Below are positions 45,857 through 55,063 of a stretch of 64,000 nt of DNA, one piece after another (position 1 is the stretch's first letter; each line of letters begins with the position of its first letter). The notes under the pieces were generated by a model, which was not told the origin of the DNA, did not search any database, and worked only from the letters and a program-made list of their open reading frames with translations. Made by a program: the position numbers and the translations under genes. This stretch comes from Bdellovibrionales bacterium (GTDB lineage: Bacteria; Bdellovibrionota; Bdellovibrionia; Bdellovibrionales; UBA1609), in assembly GCA_965261545.1 (NCBI GenBank), contig CBDHDF010000010.1, forward strand, positions 544,001 through 608,000, in the 5' to 3' direction.

Positions 45857-47809
45857 TTGAAAGGTATGGAAAGTAAATCTACAAAGTCAAAGGCCCAGTT
45901 GGCCCAGGAACGAGTTCTCGCTGAGTTAGATGCTGCCGATGGGGAAGTTCCTCAAAATCCAGGTTATGAGTGGGAAGGCAATGGCGCATCAGATCACTCC
46001 TTTGCGGATCTATTTGAAATTTCCTTGGCAAAAGAAGGGGTGAGTGTTGGTGATGTTGTCAAGGGAGTGGTTACGGACGTCCATGATGATTTTGTTCTCG
46101 TGGATATTAATTACAAAAGTGAGGGTATGATTCCACGAAGTGAGTTTCGTACTTCTTCTCAGGAGATCTCTGTGAAAAAGGGTTCTGAGGTTGATGTTTA
46201 TATTGATCGTATCGAAAATGACAGTGGCATGGTGGTTTTATCCAAAGACAAAGCCGATATGCTTCGCGCTTGGAATGACATTGCCCAGGCGGCTGAAAAC
46301 GAGACAGTCATTGAGGGGACAATCATTGACAAGGTGAAGGGAGGACTTAGTGTTGATATTGGTGTGAAGGCATTTTTGCCAGGGAGTCAGGTCGACCTGC
46401 GCCCTGTTCGCAATATGGATACTTATATTGGTCAAACTTTTAAATTTAAGGTGATTAAATTTAACAAGCGCCGGGGCAATATTGTTCTTTCTCGACGAGT
46501 TCTCTTGGAAGAAGAGAGAGAGAGTTTGCGTTCACAGACCCTAGACTCCATTCAGGAGGGAGCTATTGTTAAGGGGATTGTTAAAAACATCACTGATTAT
46601 GGAGCCTTTGTGGATCTTGGTGGCATGGATGGGTTGCTGCATATCACAGATATGAGTTGGGGCCGTATCAAGCACCCTTCAGAAATTCTCAAGGTGGGCA
46701 ACGAAATCGATGTGAAGGTTCTCAAGTTGGATGACTCCAAGGAGCGTGTAAGCTTGGGAATCAAGCAGTTGCAAGAGGACCCTTGGTCCAATGTGGTGAG
46801 AGATTACCCTGTGGGTAGTAAATTGAAGGGCAAGGTGATCAGCCTCACCGACTATGGTGCCTTTGTGGAGATTGGAGAGGGCATTGAGGGCCTGGTACAT
46901 GTCAGTGAAATGAGCTGGACGAAGCGCATTAAGCATCCGTCTCAGGTGGTCGCTGTGGGTGGCGAAGTGGATATTATGGTTCTCGAAATTCGATCGGACA
47001 ATCGCCATATCATACTTGGAATGAAGCAAATGAAGCCCAACCCATGGCTTCAGGTCAAGGAGACCTATCCTGTGGGCACCATCATTGAGGGTGAAGTTAA
47101 ATCTCTTATCGAATTTGGTGTTTTTGTGGGTATTGAAGAAGGCATTGATGGGCTTGTGCATATTTCTGATTTTTCTTGGACCAAGCGTGTGAATCATCCC
47201 TCTGAAATTTTCAGCAAGGGCGAAAAAATACAGGCTGTGGTTCTTGATGTGGATGTGAGCCATGAGCGCATTAGCTTGGGTGTGAAACAATTACAGGAGG
47301 ATCCTTGGGCCAATATTGAAAACAAGTATGGCATTGGCACCCAACATGAGGTCAAGGTGGTCAAGACTGCGGACTTTGGTGTTTTTGTGGAGTTGGAGCC
47401 AGACCTTGAGGGTCTCATTCACATTAGTGAGCTTGCCACTCAGAGGGTTGAGAAACCCGAAGAGGTGGTCAAGGTAGATGATGTTATCAAGGCAGAGATC
47501 ATCACCATTGACAAGGATTCTCGAAGAATTGGTTTAAGTGCCAAACTAGTTGCTCTTCGCGATCAGCAAGTGGATGTGAAAGAACACGCTAAGAAAGTGA
47601 CAGCTACTTCACGGGCAAGCTTGGGCGATCTCTTTGGACAAACCCTTAAAAGTGCCAGTCAAGAAAGCTCCAGTACCGGTGGCACCAACCAAGAGAGTGT
47701 TACGGCCAGAGTTAGTGAGGAGAGTGCTACGGTCGGTGAAGCCAGCAAAGAGAGTGTTGCTCCAGGCCCTGCCGGTGAAGCCAGCGAAGAGAACTTCGAG
47801 AAAAATTAA
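45857..47809 (+). CDS. rpsA: 30S ribosomal protein S1
   Basis: Six S1 repeats (YGAFVDLGG.DGLLH, FGVFV...GL.HIS); TTG 45857 lies 6 nt after AGGAGG. Confidence 0.97.
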   Translation: MKGMESKSTKSKAQLAQERVLAELDAADGEVPQNPGYEWEGNGASDHSFADLFEISLAKEGVSVGDVVKGVVTDVHDDFVLVDINYKSEGMIPRSEFRTSSQEISVKKGSEVDVYIDRIENDSGMVVLSKDKADMLRAWNDIAQAAENETVIEGTIIDKVKGGLSVDIGVKAFLPGSQVDLRPVRNMDTYIGQTFKFKVIKFNKRRGNIVLSRRVLLEEERESLRSQTLDSIQEGAIVKGIVKNITDYGAFVDLGGMDGLLHITDMSWGRIKHPSEILKVGNEIDVKVLKLDDSKERVSLGIKQLQEDPWSNVVRDYPVGSKLKGKVISLTDYGAFVEIGEGIEGLVHVSEMSWTKRIKHPSQVVAVGGEVDIMVLEIRSDNRHIILGMKQMKPNPWLQVKETYPVGTIIEGEVKSLIEFGVFVGIEEGIDGLVHISDFSWTKRVNHPSEIFSKGEKIQAVVLDVDVSHERISLGVKQLQEDPWANIENKYGIGTQHEVKVVKTADFGVFVELEPDLEGLIHISELATQRVEKPEEVVKVDDVIKAEIITIDKDSRRIGLSAKLVALRDQQVDVKEHAKKVTATSRASLGDLFGQTLKSASQESSSTGGTNQESVTARVSEESATVGEASKESVAPGPAGEASEENFEKN

Positions 47810-47820
47810 GGGAAAAAATC

Positions 47821-48756
47821 ATGATAAAGCACTTTACTGCCAACTTTGTCCATTTCTGTTTAACTATTTTTATTGTGATCTTTTTGGTAGCTCTAGGTTC
47901 TTTGATGTCGAGATTTTCCATTGATATGAAGATGCCTGTGCGAGAACCCTCCATTCTTAAGTTGAACTTAGAGGGTGTGATTATCGATGGTAAGGATTTT
48001 TTAAAGGAGTTGAAAGCATACCGAGAGGATAAGAATATTAAGGGCATTCTCATCCATGTGGATTCCCCAGGTGGTGTGGTGGGCCCTAGTCAAGAAATCT
48101 ATTCGGAGTTATTAAAGGTTCGCAATGAGCTACAAAAGCCTGTGGTTGTTTCCAGTGGGGCTGTGGTTGCCAGTGGAGCTTATTATGTGGCTCTAGCGGC
48201 TGACCAGATTGTCACAAATCCTGGCACTCTTATGGGATCCATTGGTGTCATTATGGAGTTTGCCAACCTCAAGGGACTGTATGATTGGGCCAAAATTCAG
48301 CGCTACACCATTAAAACGGGGGCTTTAAAAGATGCAGGAGCTGATTACAAGGAAATGACTTCTATAGAAAAAGAATACTTTCAGTCTGTGTTGAATCGAG
48401 TGCAAGTTCAATTTGAGTCAGCGGTGGAAGCGAACCGCAGCTTGGATAAATATGTCATTGATAAATATGCTGATGGTCGCGTTTTTACGGGAGAGACGGC
48501 GGTAAAGATAGGTTTTGCCGACCAGTTGGGAACTCAGTCAGATGCTCTTAGCATTGTTGGAGAGCTATCCGGGCTGGGAGATAGCCCCCCTGTTTTTACT
48601 CCTACCAAACTTTCAAAACATAGGTTTAATTTCCTGAATTTACTGCTAGATCAATGGACTTTTCGTTCCCCAGAATTGAAAGAGTTGAAGCACCCATTCA
48701 ATATGCTTAGGCTCTTAGGCAAGCCCCTTTATATCATGCCTGGAACTTTAGAATGA
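47821..48756 (+). CDS. sppA: Signal peptide peptidase SppA (36K type)
   Basis: DSPGG, ASGAYY, GSIGVI, DGRVFTG. Confidence 0.94.
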   Translation: MIKHFTANFVHFCLTIFIVIFLVALGSLMSRFSIDMKMPVREPSILKLNLEGVIIDGKDFLKELKAYREDKNIKGILIHVDSPGGVVGPSQEIYSELLKVRNELQKPVVVSSGAVVASGAYYVALAADQIVTNPGTLMGSIGVIMEFANLKGLYDWAKIQRYTIKTGALKDAGADYKEMTSIEKEYFQSVLNRVQVQFESAVEANRSLDKYVIDKYADGRVFTGETAVKIGFADQLGTQSDALSIVGELSGLGDSPPVFTPTKLSKHRFNFLNLLLDQWTFRSPELKELKHPFNMLRLLGKPLYIMPGTLE

Positions 48757-48784
48757 AGATTTTATTGATAGTGGTGTTTTCATT

Positions 48785-49309
48785 TTGATGGATGAAAAGA
48801 AGATTTTATCCCATGATATCTGGCCTCAAGAGCGTGACCTTATGGTGCGTCCCGAGCGCTATAGATATGTGAGAAAACTTATTAAGCCTCAGGGGTGTGT
48901 TTTTTGTAAGGCGGCCTGTGAGCCACCCAGCTTCAAGACCCTTTGTGTCCACAAAACAGAGCATTCCATGTTGCTTATGAATAAGTTTCCCTACAATACA
49001 GGCCATGCCCTGGTGATTCCCATCAAGCACCATGGGGATATGGATCAGTTGAGTGATGAGGAGTTTTTGAGCCTCAGCGTTCTCCTTAAAAAGACCATGG
49101 AGGTGGCCAAAGATACCTATGAGTGTCAAGGACTGAATGTGGGAATGAACCTTGGTAAGGTGGCAGGAGCAGGAATTCCTGATCATATTCATTGGCATGT
49201 GATTCCACGGTGGCATGGAGACACAAATTTTTTTCCACTTGTGGCAGAAACTAAAGTGCTTTCAGAGAGTTTAGAGCAAAGCTATGAGCGATTTAAAAAG
49301 TCCTTCTAA
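48785..49309 (+). CDS. HIT family hydrolase (Ap4A phosphorylase-like)
   Basis: CVFC, NKFPY..GH, G.N.G..AGAG...HIHWHVIPRW.GD. Confidence 0.93.
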   Translation: MMDEKKILSHDIWPQERDLMVRPERYRYVRKLIKPQGCVFCKAACEPPSFKTLCVHKTEHSMLLMNKFPYNTGHALVIPIKHHGDMDQLSDEEFLSLSVLLKKTMEVAKDTYECQGLNVGMNLGKVAGAGIPDHIHWHVIPRWHGDTNFFPLVAETKVLSESLEQSYERFKKSF

Positions 49310-49811
49310 AAATCCTAGCCCTCGCCGACTCTCTCGTCCATCAAGTTCCTCAGCGGATTCCTCAGAGTGGAATCGGGGTCCTTGGGGAGGGGCTCTGGGA
49401 GACTACGAATTTGATCATGTGGGAATCGCCGTGCCTTCTATTAAAGAAGGGGCTTTTTTTTACAATGCCTTGGGATACCAGTTGGGTGAGATTGAAGAAG
49501 TGCCCAGTGAATTTGTTCGTGTGGCGATGTTTGAATTGGCCAATAGCTCTCGCATTGAGCTTTTAGAACCCCTGGGAAATGAGGGCCCTGTGGCCAAATT
49601 TTTATCCAAGAGGGGACCGGGGGTTCACCACATTTGTCTCAGGGTGCACAAGATTGAGAATGTGGTGGATCGTCTCAAAGAGGCGGGTGTTCATTTGATC
49701 AATGAAAGACCTCGTTTGGGAGCCGGGGGTTGTCGGGTTGTCTTTGTGCATCCATCTTCTCACAATAAAATTTTGTTGGAGTTATCTGAGAAGGCGGGGG
49801 AGAACCTGTGA
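49284..49811 (+). CDS. mce: Methylmalonyl-CoA epimerase (VOC family)
   Basis: DHVGIAV, IELLEP, FL.KRG.G.HHIC, GAGG..V.F.HP, LLEL. Confidence 0.88.
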   Translation: MSDLKSPSKNPSPRRLSRPSSSSADSSEWNRGPWGGALGDYEFDHVGIAVPSIKEGAFFYNALGYQLGEIEEVPSEFVRVAMFELANSSRIELLEPLGNEGPVAKFLSKRGPGVHHICLRVHKIENVVDRLKEAGVHLINERPRLGAGGCRVVFVHPSSHNKILLELSEKAGENL

Positions 49812-50554
49812 ATCAACACCAATTTCAGGCAGTGGTTCCCCTCACTCCTATGGTGAAAAAGCTTATCATACTCAACACGGGTCTTTGGATTTTCTTAGTT
49901 CTTATTGTTCAGCAGTTCTTTATGAGTCAAGACTACATCTTTTTTGGTCTGGGTTTGTTGCCCATGAGACTGATCGAAAACTTTTGGTTATGGCAGCCTT
50001 TCACCTATATGTTTATCCATTCTCACAATGTCTTTCATGTGTTGTTTAATATGATTCTCCTATGGTGGCTGGGTTCGGAATTGGAGCAGCTTTGGGGACG
50101 AAGATTTTTTCTTCTCTACTACATGGTTTGTGGCGTGGGGGCTGCTTTGATTTACCTGTTTGGAGTGTTTTTATATTATGGCATGACGGGCCACAGTGGC
50201 CCATTACAGAGCCCTGTGGTGGGAGCCTCGGGGGCCGTCTTTGGCCTTTTGTTAGCCTATGGGATTCTCTTTTCTGAGAGAACGATCTATTTGTTCTTTA
50301 TATTTGCCATGAAGGTGAAGTATTTTGTAATGCTTCTAGGGTTTATTGAGGTTGTCACCCTCTTAAGTTCGGGCTTTAATAATGATGTGGCAAATTTAGC
50401 TCACCTTGGAGGACTTATAGCGGGCTTTATCTTTTTGAGCACATGGACCTATCTTAAGAAAAAGAAGGATCGGAGACAGACAAAGAGGCGTGGACGACGG
50501 CTCAAGTTGGTGATAAACAACAAAGAAGAAGGTTCCCCTAGATATTGGCATTAG
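49808..50554 (+). CDS. Rhomboid intramembrane serine protease
   Basis: WQPFTYMF.H, H..FNM, GASGA, AHLGG. Confidence 0.94.
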   Translation: MNQHQFQAVVPLTPMVKKLIILNTGLWIFLVLIVQQFFMSQDYIFFGLGLLPMRLIENFWLWQPFTYMFIHSHNVFHVLFNMILLWWLGSELEQLWGRRFFLLYYMVCGVGAALIYLFGVFLYYGMTGHSGPLQSPVVGASGAVFGLLLAYGILFSERTIYLFFIFAMKVKYFVMLLGFIEVVTLLSSGFNNDVANLAHLGGLIAGFIFLSTWTYLKKKKDRRQTKRRGRRLKLVINNKEEGSPRYWH

Positions 50555-50574
50555 TTTAGTTAACATTAATCTAA

Positions 50575-50844
50575 GTGCGCCACGAGGCGCAAATACGAGG
50601 TGAAAAAATGGGTGAAATAAATTCAATGAAATACAACCTTCGCACGGCCACAGAAAAAATGAAGTTTGATATTCGCCTTCTTGAGACTCATCTCAAGAAG
50701 GAGGAAGGCTCCACTGATGAGTACCAGCAATACCTCTCCCAGTTGCCTGACCTTATTGATGAATGCACTCAATTTAAGTTGGGTGAATTTATCGGTGTGG
50801 GTGAGGTTAAGAGTGAAAGTGAGGGTGATGAAGTTCAGGGTTAA
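50575..50844 (+). CDS. Small hypothetical protein
   Basis: ORF continuing the operon; FD.RL.E..L....YL..LPD pattern; start uncertain. Confidence 0.5.
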   Translation: MRHEAQIRGEKMGEINSMKYNLRTATEKMKFDIRLLETHLKKEEGSTDEYQQYLSQLPDLIDECTQFKLGEFIGVGEVKSESEGDEVQG

Positions 50845-50902
50845 CCTGAGGCTGAGGGTGTCAGCGTCAGTGTCAGTGTCAGTGTCAAAGTATGAGCGAA
50901 GA

Positions 50903-51913
50903 TTAGGGGACTGTGGGTGGGACCTTTTCGTGCAAGTCCCAAAGAAATTTTACAATTGTATTTTTACCTTTTTCCTTAGCATCGTAAAGGGCGTGGTCAG
51001 CATGGCGCACAAGCTCTTTTGAACTCATCCTTGATTGAGAATTGGCCACGATAAAACCTAAGCTCACTGTAAGCGTGGCTTCATGGAGGCCATCTTTGAA
51101 ATGGTATTTTTCGATGGTGCTTCGGAGGTGTTCACAAAATACTCTGACTTCATCCTCGCTTTTGACTTTTTTCATGACAATGAGAAACTCATCCCCACCG
51201 TAGCGTGCAGCAAAGCTATCGCTCTGGAGGGCTTGGGCAATGATCTCACCTGTTTGCTTGATGACAAGGCTTCCGAATAAGTGGTCATTCCTGTCATTGA
51301 CAAGTTTGAAGTCATCCAAGTCTAGCATGATGCAGGCTATGTGGCCTTGGGAGATTTCAGTATAATTTTGAGAGGTCTCAGTATCACTCAGGGAAGTTTT
51401 AGTGGCTTCAAGGGCGGAGTCGATCTTATCGTAGACAGACCTCATATTGTAAAGGCCGGTGAGATAATCCAAATCCACAAGTTCTTGGAGTTTTTTGTTG
51501 GTTGCAAGAAGATTCTTACGAAGATCATTGCTTTTGAAGATAGATTCAATGCGTACCAGAAACTCCTGGAATTGAAAGGGCTTATGGATAAAATCATCTG
51601 CTCCTGCCTTGAACGCATCTGTCATTATATTGGAACCTTTTCGATCAGACATCACAATGACATTGGTGTGGATTTTTTGTTGCCTTAACTCCCTGAGAAG
51701 CTCCAGTCCCGTCAAGCCTGGCATTTCACAGTCTGTAATGACAAGGTGGGGAACAAAAGACCTTATGGTATCAAAAGCTTCTTCAACATTTTCCACAAGG
51801 TGAGTTTCGTAGCCGTGGAGAGATAAAGATTCTTGGATAAGGCTTCTAACTGCTTCCTCATCATCGAGAATCAGCACTCTTTTGGGAATCGTTGGTTCTT
51901 TTACGCTTTTCAC
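50903..51913 (-). CDS. Response-regulator (REC) diguanylate cyclase
   Basis: ILDDE, DCEMP, GADDFI.KP; D.LTGL.N, D.DDFK.VND, RYGGDEF, ADHALY.AK; no RxxD I-site; start taken at GTG 51913 just after the dgcB stop. Confidence 0.9.
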   Translation of the reverse strand: MKSVKEPTIPKRVLILDDEEAVRSLIQESLSLHGYETHLVENVEEAFDTIRSFVPHLVITDCEMPGLTGLELLRELRQQKIHTNVIVMSDRKGSNIMTDAFKAGADDFIHKPFQFQEFLVRIESIFKSNDLRKNLLATNKKLQELVDLDYLTGLYNMRSVYDKIDSALEATKTSLSDTETSQNYTEISQGHIACIMLDLDDFKLVNDRNDHLFGSLVIKQTGEIIAQALQSDSFAARYGGDEFLIVMKKVKSEDEVRVFCEHLRSTIEKYHFKDGLHEATLTVSLGFIVANSQSRMSSKELVRHADHALYDAKEKGKNTIVKFLWDLHEKVPPTVP

Positions 51914-51920
51914 AAAAAAA

Positions 51921-52847
51921 TTAGGCTTCTGATACAGTGACTTTATTTCGACCATTTTCTTTGGACCGATACAAAGCCTTGTCTGCTCTTTGAAAAATGT
52001 TTTGCCAGGATTCATCCCCTGCCATGCGAGAGGAGACTCCTGCGGATATGGTGATGGGAATTTTCGTATCTTCAAAAGTGAAATTATACCCTTCGATGGT
52101 AGTTCGAATGCGTTCAGCCACCTCTTCGGCCTGGCTTAATTCCCCACCCAGTAGGAGGAGGCAAAACTCTTCCCCTCCTGAGCGAGCAAAAAAATCATTG
52201 TCACGGATCAATTTAGTGCGGATTTCTGTGGCGACTTTTTTGAGAACATAGTCTCCAGCGGCATGGCCATGGGTATCATTTACTTTCTTAAAAAAGTCGA
52301 TATCAAAGGTGACGAGGCTGAGAGGGGCTCCAAGGAGTTCGGCCCGTTTGAAAAACTCCATGCCTCGAACCTCTAGGGCTCCTTTGTTATAAATTTCTGT
52401 CAGTGCGTCCATTTGGGCTCGGTCAAAAGCTTGGGCCGCAGAAATAGACTCAATATTTCCCTCTTCAAGGAATTTAAAAATGACATTTCCTGTTTTGACC
52501 TGGTCGTTATTGCTGAGTTTGTGGGGAATCTGTGGAGGAAGAATGGCTCCGTTGATAATGGTCTTATTTGTGGATTGAAGGTCTGTAATAGAAACTTCAC
52601 CTTCGTGCACTGTGATCTTTGCATGTTTTTTGCTTACGCTTCGATCTTCCACACAAACATCTGAGGTCTCTCCACGTCCAATGGTGCAATCCTTTTCTTC
52701 AAGTTCCCATTGTCGACCTACAGAGTGGGAGGGGCCGACCAACATGACTAGGCTAGGTGGGGCCTGTCCCGCTTGTTGCAGGCGTACCTTAAAGGTATCA
52801 CTTTGAACAATGCTTGTTTTATCTAAGGGGTGGTCATCTTCTGACAT
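51921..52847 (-). CDS. dgcB: FHA-GGDEF diguanylate cyclase, Bdellovibrio DgcB-like
   Basis: N-terminal tail LDKTSIVQSDTF, FHA (IGR, VSKKHA, STN.T), RDND I-site, GGEEF. Confidence 0.85.
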   Translation of the reverse strand: MSEDDHPLDKTSIVQSDTFKVRLQQAGQAPPSLVMLVGPSHSVGRQWELEEKDCTIGRGETSDVCVEDRSVSKKHAKITVHEGEVSITDLQSTNKTIINGAILPPQIPHKLSNNDQVKTGNVIFKFLEEGNIESISAAQAFDRAQMDALTEIYNKGALEVRGMEFFKRAELLGAPLSLVTFDIDFFKKVNDTHGHAAGDYVLKKVATEIRTKLIRDNDFFARSGGEEFCLLLLGGELSQAEEVAERIRTTIEGYNFTFEDTKIPITISAGVSSRMAGDESWQNIFQRADKALYRSKENGRNKVTVSEA

Positions 52848-52908
52848 GTGTATATATTACAATGCAAAGGGGGGTGAAGTCCATCATTTGTTGAGAAGCT
52901 GGGCTTTT

Positions 52909-53062
52909 CATTTTGGTCCAAGTTGTTTGTATTTTAGGTGAAAAGTGGTTCGTATTTTAGGCTAAAGTTTCTTGCACTGCTTTAGATAAAGTCTTTTGCA
53001 TTTTAGTCGAGGTCCTTCGTTCTTGAGTCCAGGCCATTTGCGCTTTAGCCCAAGTCTCTTGC
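52909..53062. repeat. Highly degenerate ~21-bp tandem array (x7) upstream of dgcB
   Basis: cattttggtccaagttgtttg/tattttaggtgaaaagtggttcg/tattttaggctaaagtttcttg/.../cattttagtcgaggtccttcg/.../cgctttagcccaagtctcttg. Confidence 0.6.
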
Positions 53063-53106
53063 ACGCTCACTTAGTTTTTTGAGCGGTGCTCCTCAACAAA
53101 TGACTA

Positions 53107-54234
53107 TTACTTTTTGAGAAGCGGTTGTAACTTTTTTTTGATCTTAGGCAGTTGGCTGAAGATGGCATAGGCTTTTCGAGCTTGTGAAAATGGCATGAGG
53201 GGAAAGCCCATGTACTGTCCGGATTTTTCGACATTACGGTGGACAAAGCTGTAGGCATTGAACATGGATTTATTGGTGATGTGGAGATGGTCCCCAATAA
53301 GGGTGCGCCCTCCAATAATGCAATGGCTTCCAATAGAGGTAAAACCACCAAAAATGACACCTGCGAGGAAAATATTGTGGGCACCTATAGTGGCGCTTTG
53401 GGAGATATAGCAATGATTATCGATTTTGGTTCCCTCGCCAATAAGAGTGTTGCCTAAGATGCCCCTTTCCACTTGAACGCAGGAGGCTAACTCGACAAAA
53501 TCTTCAAGAATCACTCTTCCATAAAAGGGGTTGTTGGAGGTGTTAGAACCTAGGGTGGATTGGGATTGAATGCGGCAGTGATTCCCAACGGTGACATGGT
53601 GGTGAAGCGTAACACTTGGTTCAATAAGACTATGGTGACCGATATGGGAGTGCGGACCCAAGTAGGAGTTGGCTCCAATATAGCTATGATTTCCAACAGA
53701 CGTTCCCTCCGAGATAATGGCGTGTGGGCCAATGACAACTTGTTCCCCGAGGCTTGCCGTGGGAGAGATGATCGCTGAGGGGTGGATGCTGTGCCCATTC
53801 ACTTTTTGGGGGGTGAGAGGGGCTTTGAAAAACTCTTTGAGAATCAGGGCCATGGAAAGGGAAAGCATGGGGGTGGATAAAATGCAAGGAGAGTGGGGTG
53901 GTTGTTCTTGAGACAGCTTTGGGTGGGATTGTTTCCATGGAGTAGGCTGCTCCATGGGGGAGGAGGTAAGCTTAGTATTTAGCTTTTTGGCAATCTTGGC
54001 ATCTACGATGATCACACTGACTTCGGCGTCAAAGCAGGGGGTGAGCCACTTGGGGTGGGAGACGAAGCAAAGGGCTTTGATCTGGGGGGCCTCGCAGGAG
54101 CAAGGAGCTTCGGCTTGAAGTTCAAGGGGGCCTCTTACATGTTGGATAAGATTGGGGAAGATTTTGAGAATTTGTTGTCCATTGACCACGAAGGGGCTCC
54201 TTTGAAGGGTATTGCTGGAGGTGGCATTTGGCAC
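53107..54234 (-). CDS. lpxD: LpxD-like left-handed beta-helix acyltransferase homolog, catalytic residues substituted
   Basis: N-terminal uridine-binding-like domain, hexapeptide repeats, IGEGTKIDN; but QIAHN is replaced by YISQS. Confidence 0.75.
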   Translation of the reverse strand: MPNATSSNTLQRSPFVVNGQQILKIFPNLIQHVRGPLELQAEAPCSCEAPQIKALCFVSHPKWLTPCFDAEVSVIIVDAKIAKKLNTKLTSSPMEQPTPWKQSHPKLSQEQPPHSPCILSTPMLSLSMALILKEFFKAPLTPQKVNGHSIHPSAIISPTASLGEQVVIGPHAIISEGTSVGNHSYIGANSYLGPHSHIGHHSLIEPSVTLHHHVTVGNHCRIQSQSTLGSNTSNNPFYGRVILEDFVELASCVQVERGILGNTLIGEGTKIDNHCYISQSATIGAHNIFLAGVIFGGFTSIGSHCIIGGRTLIGDHLHITNKSMFNAYSFVHRNVEKSGQYMGFPLMPFSQARKAYAIFSQLPKIKKKLQPLLKK

Positions 54235-54422
54235 TTGAAGCTCAAGGCATGGAACTTGAAGTCGGTAGAGATTAGAGATTCAAGTTCTAGCTCTTCATAG
54301 AACACTTGGGGGGTTGAAAAAAGTATAGGTGCGTCGCTACAGAGTCGAACTTTTTAAGATTTTATTGTATACTACCCCGTAAGTGTTAAATGTGTAGGTG
54401 GTAGGGGGGTTGAGCGTGGGTC

Positions 54423-54728
54423 ATGGGGTGTGCTGGGAGGTATGGTTTGGTGACAGCCAAGAGTAAAAGCAAAAGCAAGAAGATGACCAAGGTGGAGTTA
54501 GAAGCTCAAGAGCTTCAGGGGAAGTTGGCTAAGAAGTGGATTGGCCTTTACAGTCGATCTAAATCCATTGAAACTTTACCTTACAATATGAAGCAAACGT
54601 TTCAAGAAAAGACAGCTATTGCTCACAAGGTTTTAGGTTGGGGTTATATTTTATCCAATGAGAACCATCGCCTTGAGGTTCTGTTTAAAGATGGTGTAAA
54701 ACAACTTATTTCTAACTACAAGGTGTGA
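54423..54728 (+). CDS. Hypothetical basic protein
   Basis: Y.M...F.....I.H..LGWG......RLEVLF.DG pattern; GGAGG RBS near 54447-54450. Confidence 0.65.
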   Translation: MGCAGRYGLVTAKSKSKSKKMTKVELEAQELQGKLAKKWIGLYSRSKSIETLPYNMKQTFQEKTAIAHKVLGWGYILSNENHRLEVLFKDGVKQLISNYKV

Positions 54729-54775
54729 GTTTATGTACAATTGGGGTGGCTTGATGGCAAAACTATGGTGGGCTT

Positions 54776-54994
54776 ATGGCAAAAGATGATTTAGCTCAAG
54801 TGGAAGGCACAGTGATTGACTCTGGAGTGGGGGGGCTTTATAAAGTGAAGTTGGAAAACGAGGTTGAAATTTCAGCCAAGCTCTGTGGGAAGATGAGGAG
54901 ATTCAACATTCGTGTGGTGGTGGGGGACCGGGTGGTTGTTGGAGTTTCTCCCTATGACCTCTCCCATGGTCTTATTATGTATCGTCATAAATAA
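54776..54994 (+). CDS. infA: Translation initiation factor IF-1
   Basis: MAKDD..QVEG.V, GKMR...IR...GD.V...SPYDL..G.I.YR. Confidence 0.97.
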   Translation: MAKDDLAQVEGTVIDSGVGGLYKVKLENEVEISAKLCGKMRRFNIRVVVGDRVVVGVSPYDLSHGLIMYRHK

Positions 54995-55063
54995 ATAAGT
55001 ATGTATTGTCAGTATTATCATAAATAAAATATCCCTTGGGGTGAGTGGTAACAAGGTCGATTT

